DNA of 37,605 bases, from the NCBI GenBank assembly GCA_965242725.1, contig CBDESZ010000002.1, positions 1-37,605 of the forward strand, read 5' to 3'. The position numbers were made by a program, and so were the translations under genes. This document shows, piece after piece, positions 1-8,039 of this stretch. Positions within the stretch are counted from its first letter, which is position 1; each line of letters begins with the position of its first letter. The notes below the pieces were generated by a model. That model had not been told where the DNA came from. It was given only the letters and a program-made list of their open reading frames with translations, and searched no databases. The DNA is from Alkalispirochaeta sp. GTDB taxonomy: Bacteria; Spirochaetota; Spirochaetia; DSM-27196; Alkalispirochaetaceae.

Positions 1-24
1 TGATCGGGGCAAAATCGATGAAAG

Positions 25-48
25 AATAATGACAGCGCTTTCATTATT
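25..48. promoter_or_regulatory. LacI/GalR-family operator-like palindrome
   Basis: AATAATGACAGCGCTTTCATTATT is a 24-bp palindrome with one mismatched pair and a central CG. It matches the LacI-type TGnnAnCGnTTnCA pattern. Confidence 0.65.
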
Positions 49-156
49 TTCCTCCATCACTCCGATTTTATTTCGGCTCAGACATCCAGATACCGGAGAA
101 ACACCGCTTCCGGCCCCATTTACGACGTAAATCTCCATTTGAAAATTGCGCGTTGA

Positions 157-185
157 TTGCAAGCGCTTTCCACGCATGGTATGGT
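157..185 (+). promoter_or_regulatory. sigma70 promoter of the dehydrogenase gene with an overlapping second LacI-type operator
   Basis: TTGCAA(157-162)-17 bp-TATGGT(180-185) with TG extension. Operator-like TTGCAAGCGCTTTCCA (157-172) overlaps the -35. SD GAGGAG at 210-215. Confidence 0.55.
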
Positions 186-221
186 GAAAATCTCACGTAC
201 CGACAAATTGAGGAGATACCA

Positions 222-1253
222 ATGAAAGCATTTGTACTGCATGGCAAGCGAGACCTGAGACTCGAAGAACGGACGGAAGGCACCCCCGGACCGGGAGAGG
301 TCAAGCTGGAGGTGCGGCGGGTCGGAATCTGCGGTTCCGACATCCACTACTACGAAAATTACCGCATCGGTGACTTCATTCCCCAGGCGCCCCTCGTCCT
401 TGGACACGAGTTTTCAGGAGAGGTCATTGCCCTGGGCGAAGGCGTAACGTCGCTGAAAATCGGCGATCGCGTCACGGCGGAGCCGTCGATAGAGTGCGGC
501 CGTTGCCGGTATTGCCGGGAGGGACGTTACAATCTCTGCAACAATCTGAAGTTCATCGGTACCGCCGCCACCATTCCCCATATCGACGGCGGATTCGGGG
601 AACGCCTCGTGGTTCCCGCGGACCATTGTTATCTCCTCGACGAGTCGCTGGACTGGGGCGCCGGCACGCTTGTGGAGCCGCTGGCGGTGGGAATGAATGC
701 GGTCCGTCGCGTTGGCAGCGTCGCCGGCGCCAGAATCCTCATCACCGGAGGCGGTACCATCGGTCAAATGACCTCCGCCTCCGCACGGGCGCTGGGTGCG
801 ACGGATATTACCATCGCCGATCCTTCCCCATTTGCCCAGAAGTTTTCCCTGGAACACGGCGCCCGCGCCGTCGTTGATCCCCGGGAAGAGGGGCTTGCGG
901 AGTCTCTCTTCAGGCAGGGCGGATTTGACATCGTCTTTGAGGCGTCCGGAGCCCCCGCGGCCCTCGCCTTTGGATACCGGGCCGCCGCAAAAGGGGCACG
1001 AGTCGTCCAGATCGGCACGCTGCCGCCGGCGGTGGAGCTCCCGGCAAACCTGGTCATGTCCAAAGAGCTGACCGTCTTCGGCTCCTTCCGTTACGCCCAC
1101 GTCTACCCCATCGTCCTTGAGATGATGCGTACCGGCCGTGTCGATGTGGCAAGCATGATCTCCGCGGTCTATCCCTATGACGATTTTCAGACCGCCATGG
1201 ACCGCGCCGTCTCCCGGGACGGGGTGATCAAGGTGCAGGTCAGTCGGGACTGA
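222..1253 (+). CDS. Zn-dependent NAD(P)-linked polyol/sugar-acid dehydrogenase (sorbitol / L-idonate 5-dehydrogenase family)
   Basis: GICGSD catalytic Cys, GHE motif, CxxCxxCx7C structural Zn site, EPL, GGGTIG Rossmann motif, GSFRY. ATG 222 follows SD GAGGAG. Confidence 0.92.
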   Translation: MKAFVLHGKRDLRLEERTEGTPGPGEVKLEVRRVGICGSDIHYYENYRIGDFIPQAPLVLGHEFSGEVIALGEGVTSLKIGDRVTAEPSIECGRCRYCREGRYNLCNNLKFIGTAATIPHIDGGFGERLVVPADHCYLLDESLDWGAGTLVEPLAVGMNAVRRVGSVAGARILITGGGTIGQMTSASARALGATDITIADPSPFAQKFSLEHGARAVVDPREEGLAESLFRQGGFDIVFEASGAPAALAFGYRAAAKGARVVQIGTLPPAVELPANLVMSKELTVFGSFRYAHVYPIVLEMMRTGRVDVASMISAVYPYDDFQTAMDRAVSRDGVIKVQVSRD

Positions 1254-1351
1254 TCCGGGTGACACCGCCGGAACCGGCGTCCCGATCCGGACTGCAACCT
1301 GGATCGCCGGTATCGGCCCGGCAGAACGAAGTTCAGAATGAATTAAAAATT

Positions 1352-1384
1352 AAAAAAAACGGCGACGGATCAGATCCGCCACCG
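1352..1384 (-). terminator. Intrinsic terminator of the DUF4914-type gene
   Basis: Minus strand reads CGGTGGCGGAT-CTG-ATCCGTCGCCG followed by T8. Confidence 0.8.
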
Positions 1385-1420
1385 CCCTGTTTGAGAACGC
1401 GTTTATCGCCACCGGCACGT

Positions 1421-3298
1421 TCAGCGCGGCAGGATGTTGGCGTAGTCGTTCATCGTTCCATCGCTGAGACAGATGTCGATGATCGCCTTGCCCAGGGGAT
1501 CAAGCTCCTTGACGCGGAACTGCTTGAGCTCCTGTTTGAAGAAATCGGTGAGGATTTTTGCACCGGCGTCGTACCCGTCGATGCCCACCTCAACCTGCTC
1601 ATGCACGCGAAGGAGTCCCTTGGGTACGAGCTGCCCGGCGACCTTGAGCCGTTCCAGTCCGTGGCCGAGGAGGGGACAGCGGGACTCGATGAGCTGCTCC
1701 GGGCGGAACTTGACGCTGCCCCGGCGTGCCATATACTCCCGGCCGATCCATTCCGGATTGAATCCCACTTTGTAGGCACCGATGTACTGGTTGGGAATGA
1801 GGACGTATCGCGTTCCCGGAGTCTGCTGAATCAGGCGCAGGAGCAGGTTGGCCTGAGTGACACGCTTGCCGGTGGCGAAGGGCCAGTACGATCCGACACC
1901 TTCACTTGAAAGCCCTTCGGTGGTGACGATACTCGGATTGGCGTGTCCCCTCGGTGCAACGAGGCGCCAGAGCCACGCCAGCGCCGGCGGCAGGATGTGA
2001 AGCATACCGATAATGCCGTAATTTGGCTTTTCCCGGGTCGTCGGAGGCGTCCGGACGCCGAAGCTGCGCACGTCGATTCCGACCGGTTTGTCTACGACAC
2101 GGGGGATGAAGTGACGCGGCATGATAACCCGCGGATTGGGGCACCGCTTTCCGGGACTGTCTTCGATGTGATCCCAGGGCAGTACGGTAGCACCCGCTTT
2201 TCCCTCCAGATTGAGGAAGATCAGCGGCTCGGGCGGATTGATGCACAGTTTTTCGATACTCGGTTCCTTCCCGTATTCGTCCAGATGGTCAACCCGGAGA
2301 AACCACCCCGCCTCGGCGTCTTCTATCATGAGACGCCCGGTGGTGCTCGTCTGAATGGAGGGATGGGCCAGCGCCATATCGTCGGTTACCGGCCGCAACT
2401 CACAGGGGTCCCGAAGGTCAAAGAAGACGTCTTCGTCGGTGACGGTGTTGTAGGCGAGACGAATACGTCCGTCCGGCTCCCGATGAAAGGCCTGGGTCAT
2501 TTCACTCTTGCCGCCCCCGCTCGCCCCCTCATGCATGATGACGAATTCGTTGTCATAGGGGGTGATGAGACGGACCGCCGAGCTGTGCAATGTCACCCAG
2601 TCCTCTTCCTCACCGATGGAGAGCAGAATTCCGTAGACACCTTTCTTTGCGCTCGGTCCGGGATAAAGATTGTAGGAAAAGAGCTCGTGCATCCCCGGCA
2701 GCCGGTTGTGTACAACCACCTGTTTTCCATTGAAATGGGTGTGGCGGAAAGGGGGTGCGAGGTATATCACCGCCCGGGGAGAGAACCCGACGGGCAACTC
2801 TTCGGCAGGATAGAATCCCTGGAGGTCCGCAAGACCGGCGACGAAGAATCCGGCGTTGGCCGGCGCGATAAGCAGCGTCGGATATCCACGTTCCTTGTCC
2901 CCCGAGAGGAACGGGAGGACAATGAGCCGCCCCTGCTTTTTGAACCAGTCAAACGTTGCCGTTCGCACCTCATTGAATTCACCTTCAAAGCGATCCTGCC
3001 AGCGTGATTTGTCGGTGGGCTTGTTATCGGCCACGACCATTGCCTCGGGATCCCGTCGGCGCATATACGGCTCCGGATAGTTTACGGCCGCTCCGTTGCG
3101 GCAGCGGGTCACCGTTGCCTCGACGATCCTGCCCTTGTCCGGTACTTCGTATGCGACTTCCACATAGTCTTCTTCGGACTCCATATATGCCAGATCCAGC
3201 AGATGCTCCCGACTTTCCGGAAGAATTACCTCTACATTGGTCAATATGTCGCGCAACTCATCGGAGAGTGCGAGACGATCAAACGGGGCTGTTCTCAT
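1421..3298 (-). CDS. DUF4914-type uncharacterised protein with PEP-carboxykinase-like motifs
   Basis: 625 aa. Motifs LYPGPSAKKG, LHSSA, HEGASGGGKSE (P-loop), VTDDM and CPNPR. Length and motifs are recalled as DUF4914; family name not verified by search. Confidence 0.8.
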   Translation of the reverse strand: MRTAPFDRLALSDELRDILTNVEVILPESREHLLDLAYMESEEDYVEVAYEVPDKGRIVEATVTRCRNGAAVNYPEPYMRRRDPEAMVVADNKPTDKSRWQDRFEGEFNEVRTATFDWFKKQGRLIVLPFLSGDKERGYPTLLIAPANAGFFVAGLADLQGFYPAEELPVGFSPRAVIYLAPPFRHTHFNGKQVVVHNRLPGMHELFSYNLYPGPSAKKGVYGILLSIGEEEDWVTLHSSAVRLITPYDNEFVIMHEGASGGGKSEMTQAFHREPDGRIRLAYNTVTDEDVFFDLRDPCELRPVTDDMALAHPSIQTSTTGRLMIEDAEAGWFLRVDHLDEYGKEPSIEKLCINPPEPLIFLNLEGKAGATVLPWDHIEDSPGKRCPNPRVIMPRHFIPRVVDKPVGIDVRSFGVRTPPTTREKPNYGIIGMLHILPPALAWLWRLVAPRGHANPSIVTTEGLSSEGVGSYWPFATGKRVTQANLLLRLIQQTPGTRYVLIPNQYIGAYKVGFNPEWIGREYMARRGSVKFRPEQLIESRCPLLGHGLERLKVAGQLVPKGLLRVHEQVEVGIDGYDAGAKILTDFFKQELKQFRVKELDPLGKAIIDICLSDGTMNDYANILPR

Positions 3299-3304
3299 GG
3301 GGGA

Positions 3305-3333
3305 ACCGTAATAAAAAGTGTATATTTATGCAA
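3305..3333 (-). promoter_or_regulatory. sigma70 promoter, probably leaderless transcript
   Basis: Minus strand TTGCAT-17 bp-TACGGT-6 nt-ATG(3298); no SD. Confidence 0.55.
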
Positions 3334-3346
3334 TACGGGAAAGCAT

Positions 3347-3375
3347 TTGACAATGGAATGTTCATTGGGCACAAT
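3347..3375 (+). promoter_or_regulatory. sigma70 promoter of ferredoxin
   Basis: TTGACA(3347-3352)-17 bp-CACAAT(3370-3375); SD GAGGAG at 3404-3409. Confidence 0.7.
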
Positions 3376-3417
3376 AGGTGTGTCGTTACGACAAAAACCA
3401 CACGAGGAGCCACTACT

Positions 3418-3606
3418 ATGAAGACCAAAGTAGATCCTGATCTCTGTATCAGCTGCGCAGTTTGCACCAATATGGCACCGGATCTCTACGTCATGAATGA
3501 TGACGGCGTCGCTGAAGCGGTTGCTGAAACTGTTCCCGCCGACATGGAAGATCTTGCCCGGGAATGTGCCGAAGAGTGCCCGTCAGACGCGATCATCAAC
3601 GAGTAG
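3418..3606 (+). CDS. fdx: Monocluster [4Fe-4S] ferredoxin (62 aa)
   Basis: MKTKVDPDLCISCAVC...CAEECPSDAI: CxxCxxC plus distal CP, acidic, strong SD. It is the C-terminal part of track ORF 3004-3606. Confidence 0.93.
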   Translation: MKTKVDPDLCISCAVCTNMAPDLYVMNDDGVAEAVAETVPADMEDLARECAEECPSDAIINE

Positions 3607-3653
3607 TTCTTTTCAACCGCGACCGTATACGGTCGTGAGTCAAGATACTCAAC

Positions 3654-3690
3654 AGCCCTCGCCGATATTTTCCGGCGGGGGCTTTTTTTT
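3654..3690 (+). terminator. Intrinsic terminator after ferredoxin
   Basis: AGCCCTCGCCG-atattttc-CGGCGGGGGCT followed by a T run. Confidence 0.85.
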
Positions 3691-3715
3691 GCCGGACGTA
3701 CCGGCCTGCCCGGCC

Positions 3716-3742
3716 GCCGATGGAACCGCCGATGGAACCGCT
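3716..3742 (+). repeat. Short intergenic tandem repeat
   Basis: GCCGATGGAACC occurs twice in tandem, plus a partial third copy. Confidence 0.6.
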
Positions 3743-3791
3743 ACCGGTGACCACCGATCCAGGCGCCGGGCGGTCGGAAACGCGGGCGCTG

Positions 3792-4160
3792 CTATCCGCC
3801 GAGGCGAATTCCCCGCTCCAGAGCCTCATCCTGCTCAGGTATTGTCAAATCATTAAACACGCGCAGATCGCAGGGAACGGGAAGATCCGAGCGCTCCAGA
3901 TCCGCCCGAATCGCCATGAGCGTATCGGGGGCGGGTTCCGGCGGCTGGACCAGGACCAGCTCGAGCCTCCCGCCTGCTGCATTCCGGCCTGGCTCCGCTG
4001 TGGTACTGCCGGCGGATTCCGCACCGGGATACGCGCCGGGATCAGCGGCGCCGCCTGCGTCCTCAACGAGAGGCCCCCACACCACCACTTCACCGTCGGG
4101 ATAGTATCCCCGGATTATCCGCAGGACGATCCCGATCCACCGCTGGGAGAGATGGGCCAT
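3792..4160 (-). CDS. Minimal nucleotidyltransferase (MNT/Pol-beta fold)-like protein with degenerate active site
   Basis: Layout 'IVLRIIRGYYPDGEVVVWG...LELVL...LERSDLPVPCDLRVF...ERGIRL' matches MNT antitoxin-like proteins. SD GAGGA upstream of ATG 4160. Confidence 0.65.
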   Translation of the reverse strand: MAHLSQRWIGIVLRIIRGYYPDGEVVVWGPLVEDAGGAADPGAYPGAESAGSTTAEPGRNAAGGRLELVLVQPPEPAPDTLMAIRADLERSDLPVPCDLRVFNDLTIPEQDEALERGIRLGG

Positions 4161-5607
4161 ACGTTATTCCTCGACGTCCGTGAGGAAGCGGGCGAGTATA
4201 TCCTGTTTGAGTGTTCGCAGCCCCCCGGGATACGGCGACCTTGTATATATGCGGGTTGATGAGACGGGTGTACGTTTCATCCAGGTTCTGGAGATTTGAT
4301 ATCGTCCGCTCCCGTATCGCCTCAAGGGACGGTGCGGGGATCGTCCGTTTGCCCCCCTCCATATGACGTAGCAGAAGCGGTTCAAACCGCGTGTAGTCGT
4401 GGAGCCGAAACTTTCGGTAGTCGCCGGAAGGGTGATAGAAGGTGTGGGGCTGACCTTCCACCGGGGGATCGTCGTCCAGGGTGATGAGGTCGGCGATCGG
4501 ATAGTCCCGCTCCCCGTAAAACCGGTAAACCTGTTTTACGCCGGGGTTGGTGCTCTTTTCGGGGTTGTCGCTCACCTTCATCGTGGGCAGAAAAGATCCG
4601 TCGGCGCTCTCCTTGGCGGCGAGTTTGTATACGCCGGTCAATGAGGGGTCGCCGCCGCCGGTGACCAGCTGTGTACCCACCCCCCACAGGTCAACGGGGC
4701 TTTCCGCGCTCACGAGCTGATGGATAATATGCTCGTCCAGTTCATTGGATACCGCGATAAGGGCGTCCCGCAGCCCCGCTTCATCGAGGCGGTGCCGCAC
4801 CTGCTTACTGAGATACTGAATATCGCCGCTGTCCAGTCGAACGCCGATACGCTTCCCCCGTTCCTTCAACTCCCGACCGACGGCAATGGCGTTGTCTATC
4901 CCGCTCCCGAGAGTGTCAAAGGTATCGATCAGCAGGATGGCCTTGTCGGGATAGAGGTCGGCGTACTTCTGGAAGGCGTCCCGCTCGGAGGAAAACGCCA
5001 TGACCCAGCTGTGGGCCATCGTTCCGGTAACGGGTATACCGTACTTCTTTCCCGCCAGGGTATTGCTTGTTGACGAGGCTCCTCCGATGTATGCCGCCCG
5101 GGCCGCGCTGAGTGCACCGTCCACCCCCTGGGCACGGCGCAGGCCGAACTCCGCGATGGAACCGCGTTCGCTTGCCATATAGATACGTGCCGTTTTCGTG
5201 GCGATGAGGGTCTGAAAATTGACCGTATTGAGGAGGAGACTCTCTATGAGCTGCGCTTCCAGTATCGTCGTATGCACCCGAACGAGCGGTTCGTGAGGGA
5301 AGACGAGAGTGCCTTCCGGCACGGCCCAGATATCGCCTGAAAAACGGAAGCCGCTGAGATAGTCAAGGAAAGATGCGTCAAAGAGCCCGAGGGACTCCAG
5401 ATAGGTGATATCCTCGTCCTGAAACTGCAGCGACTCAATGGCATCAAGGAGATCATCCAGCCCGGCAAATACTGAAAATCCGCTGTTGAATGGTTGCCGC
5501 CGAAAAAACATGTCGAATACGGCGTGATGATGCAGACCATATCGATGGTAGCCCTGCATCATCGTCAGTTCATACAAATCCGTAAGGAGCGCAGCATTCC
5601 GAATCAT
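4090..5607 (-). CDS. pncB: Nicotinate phosphoribosyltransferase (true end probably 4164; apparent frameshift at 4221-4226)
   Basis: LLTDLYELTM, EFGLRRAQG, GTMAHS, LIDTFD, GVRLDSGD, GVGT and GVYKL motifs. Confidence 0.95.
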   Translation of the reverse strand: MIRNAALLTDLYELTMMQGYHRYGLHHHAVFDMFFRRQPFNSGFSVFAGLDDLLDAIESLQFQDEDITYLESLGLFDASFLDYLSGFRFSGDIWAVPEGTLVFPHEPLVRVHTTILEAQLIESLLLNTVNFQTLIATKTARIYMASERGSIAEFGLRRAQGVDGALSAARAAYIGGASSTSNTLAGKKYGIPVTGTMAHSWVMAFSSERDAFQKYADLYPDKAILLIDTFDTLGSGIDNAIAVGRELKERGKRIGVRLDSGDIQYLSKQVRHRLDEAGLRDALIAVSNELDEHIIHQLVSAESPVDLWGVGTQLVTGGGDPSLTGVYKLAAKESADGSFLPTMKVSDNPEKSTNPGVKQVYRFYGERDYPIADLITLDDDPPVEGQPHTFYHPSGDYRKFRLHDYTRFEPLLLRHMEGGKRTIPAPSLEAIRERTISNLQNLDETYTRLINPHIYKVAVSRGAANTQTGYTRPLPHGRRGITYGPSLPAVDRDRPADNPGILSRR

Positions 5608-5613
5608 CGCAAC

Positions 5614-5665
5614 ATGATAGCACGCGCCCCTGATTGTTGCATACGAATCAATGTATCTGCATAAT
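5614..5665. promoter_or_regulatory. Divergent pncB/ndk promoters
   Basis: Minus: TGc-TATCAT-6 nt-ATG(5607). Plus: TTGCAT(5637-5642)-17 bp-CATAAT(5660-5665)-9 nt-ATG(5675). Confidence 0.55.
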
Positions 5666-5674
5666 GCCCCTCAT

Positions 5675-6127
5675 ATGGGATATGAACAAACGTACGTAAT
5701 GTTGAAGCCCGGTTCTCTCCAGCGGAGAATCGTTGGCGATGTGTTGAACAGGATTGAACGCAAGGGGCTGAAGATTACCGCCCTCAAAATGATGCAAATT
5801 CCCGAGGAGGTGGCCCGCCGGCACTACGCGGAACATGACGGAAAAGCCTTCTTCGGCGATCTCATTGAATACATTACCGCCGGACCGGTAGTCGCGATGG
5901 TCGTCGCGGGGGAAAGTGCGATCAGCCGCGTCCGTTTGCTTGCCGGCGCAACAAAGGTTGAAGAGGCGATGCCCGGAACGATCCGCGGCGACTACGCCGC
6001 GGTGACGACCAAAAATATTATTCACGCCTCCGACTCACAGGAGAGCGCCGCCCGGGAGATTGCCCTTTTCTTTGAGAAGAACGAAATCGTCGATTGGAGC
6101 GATCCCAACGAAGCGTGGACGATATGA
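5675..6127 (+). CDS. ndk: Nucleoside diphosphate kinase
   Basis: TYVMLKP, HYAEH, PGTIRGDY and NIIHASDS (phospho-His) motifs. Confidence 0.97.
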   Translation: MGYEQTYVMLKPGSLQRRIVGDVLNRIERKGLKITALKMMQIPEEVARRHYAEHDGKAFFGDLIEYITAGPVVAMVVAGESAISRVRLLAGATKVEEAMPGTIRGDYAAVTTKNIIHASDSQESAAREIALFFEKNEIVDWSDPNEAWTI

Positions 6128-6128
6128 G

Positions 6129-7907
6129 ATGAACGACGCCGTACCGCGCTGGTCCCTTGAGAGGATCTATTCCGCTCCGATGAGTCGCGAGTTTCTCGAT
6201 GATGTAGCGGCTTTCAGGGAATCGGTTGCGACGGCGGAACGATCCCTGGACGACCACCACGCCCAGGATCAGGAACCGGCCGGCTGGTTGCGGCACTTCC
6301 TTCCCCTCTACAATCGGTGTCTCGATGTATATGAACAGCTTGAAAGTTACTCCTACGCGGGCTATTCCGTAGATACTACAAACACCGACGCCCAGAACGC
6401 CCTCACAACGGTGGGCAGCCTGACCGTTCTGCTGTCGGGACTTACCGTTGCGTTTCGTACCGCCCTGGCCCGCCTGGGCGACCTCGATTCCATTATTGCA
6501 GATGATCCGGAACTTGAAGGATATCGCTACATCCTTGGTGAAGAGATCGTCTTTAAGAACCATCAAATGAGCGTCGATGAAGAGCGTCTGGCCACGGACC
6601 TCGGCAGATCAGGCGCGGAAGCGTGGTCCCGCCTCCACGGAACCATTTCCTCGTCACTGAAGGCGCGATGGCAGGACGACTCGGAAAAGACGGTTGTGGA
6701 GCTTCGCAGTCTCGCCTTTGATGGTGATCGTCACGTTCGCAGGCGGGCGTGGGAGCTGGAGCTGGAAGCGTGGAAGCACGTTGAAACGCCCCTTGCCTTT
6801 GCGCTGAACGGCGTGAAGGGTGCCACCGTCACCGTCAACAGCCGTCGCGGCTGGGACTCAACACTGGCGCGCTCGGTCAGACAAAACAGACTGAGCGAGA
6901 CCTCCCTCCAGACCCTCCTCGACGAAATGGAATCATCGCTGCCCCTCTTCCGACGGTACATGCGCCTCAAGGCGCGGTCACTCGGCCTTGAGGCGCTCTC
7001 CTTTTACGATCTCTTTGCGCCGGTGGGTACGTACAGCCGATCGTGGACCTATGAAGAGACGATGAACTTTATCTCGAAAGCTCTCGGTCGGTTGGACGGG
7101 GAACTTCCTTCATTTGTCCGGACCGTTCAGGAGAAGCAATGGATTGATGCCCAGCCGCGGGCCGGCAAGGTGGGCGGGGCGTACAGTATCGACCTGCCCC
7201 TGACGGGAGAAAGCCGGATACTGGCGAATTTTGACGGCACCTATGAGGGTATGAGCACCCTCGCCCATGAGCTCGGCCACGCGTGGCACTCCTATCTCGT
7301 CAAGGATCTTCCGGCGATGCAGCGGCGGTACCCGATGACCCTTGCGGAAACGGCGAGCATATTCAACGAAACCTACCTCTTCAACTGTGTTCTCGAAGAG
7401 ACACGGGATGACGACGAGGCCTTCCATATCATCGAGCAGTACCTCCAGAACGCATGCCAGGTGGTTGTGGATATCCTGTGTCGGTACTATTTCGAACGTT
7501 CAATACTGGAGATCCGTCCCGACCGGGAACTGCCTGCCGCGGAGTTCTGCGAGCTTATGGTTGACGCACAGCGTCGCACCTACGGTGATGCACTGCGGGA
7601 AGATGAGCTGCATCCCTATATGTGGGCGGTAAAAGGCCACTATTACCGTGCGGACCTCGCGTTTTACAACTTTCCCTACGCCTTTGGACAACTCTTCGGA
7701 CTCGGTCTGTACGATCGCTTTGAAGAAAACCCGGAAACCTTTTCCGCCGACTACCGTGCGCTCCTGCAGGAGACGGGACGAAAATCCGCAGTTTCCGTTG
7801 CCGCAACCGTCGGCTGTGATATTGAATCGCCCGACTTCTGGCGGCGAAGCATTTCCCGCATTGAAGGGGTCATTGATCGCTTTGAAGCGCTCACGGAGCG
7901 AGACTGA
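6129..7907 (+). CDS. pepF: M3B oligoendopeptidase F family metallopeptidase
   Basis: TLAHELGH zinc motif, AETAS third ligand, GKVGGAY and FYNFPYAFG. ATG lies 1 nt after the ndk stop. Confidence 0.92.
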   Translation: MNDAVPRWSLERIYSAPMSREFLDDVAAFRESVATAERSLDDHHAQDQEPAGWLRHFLPLYNRCLDVYEQLESYSYAGYSVDTTNTDAQNALTTVGSLTVLLSGLTVAFRTALARLGDLDSIIADDPELEGYRYILGEEIVFKNHQMSVDEERLATDLGRSGAEAWSRLHGTISSSLKARWQDDSEKTVVELRSLAFDGDRHVRRRAWELELEAWKHVETPLAFALNGVKGATVTVNSRRGWDSTLARSVRQNRLSETSLQTLLDEMESSLPLFRRYMRLKARSLGLEALSFYDLFAPVGTYSRSWTYEETMNFISKALGRLDGELPSFVRTVQEKQWIDAQPRAGKVGGAYSIDLPLTGESRILANFDGTYEGMSTLAHELGHAWHSYLVKDLPAMQRRYPMTLAETASIFNETYLFNCVLEETRDDDEAFHIIEQYLQNACQVVVDILCRYYFERSILEIRPDRELPAAEFCELMVDAQRRTYGDALREDELHPYMWAVKGHYYRADLAFYNFPYAFGQLFGLGLYDRFEENPETFSADYRALLQETGRKSAVSVAATVGCDIESPDFWRRSISRIEGVIDRFEALTERD

Positions 7908-7926
7908 GAACGCCCGGACGACGGGC

Positions 7927-7955
7927 TTTACAATTTCCGCCGTTTCTCCTATCTT
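7927..7955 (+). promoter_or_regulatory. sigma70 promoter of tRNA-Cys
   Basis: TTTACA-17 bp-TATCTT, 12 nt upstream of the tRNA. Confidence 0.6.
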
Positions 7956-7967
7956 TCCTATCTGATT

Positions 7968-8039
7968 GGCGCCGTACCCAAGTGGTAAGGGAGAGGCCTG
8001 CAAAGCCTTCATTCGCCGGTTCGAATCCGGCCGGCGCCT
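7968..8039 (+). tRNA. tRNA-Cys (GCA), CCA not encoded
   Basis: Acceptor stem GGCGCCG/CGGCGCC, D arm CCC-AAGTGGTAA-GGG, anticodon arm with CTGCAAA loop, T arm GCCGG-TTCGAAT-CCGGC, U discriminator. Confidence 0.96.

Noticed and set aside
1254..1350. GC-rich intergenic stretch as a REP/MITE shared with 3691-3791
   Set aside because: Only short chance-level matches; no terminal inverted repeats or further copies found.
3004..3417. N-terminal extension of the ferredoxin ORF
   Set aside because: Overlaps the DUF4914 gene and the promoter region; promoter and SD define ATG 3418.
3792..4160. HEPN-MNT toxin-antitoxin system
   Set aside because: No HEPN (Rx4-6H) partner is adjacent and the MNT catalytic residues are missing.
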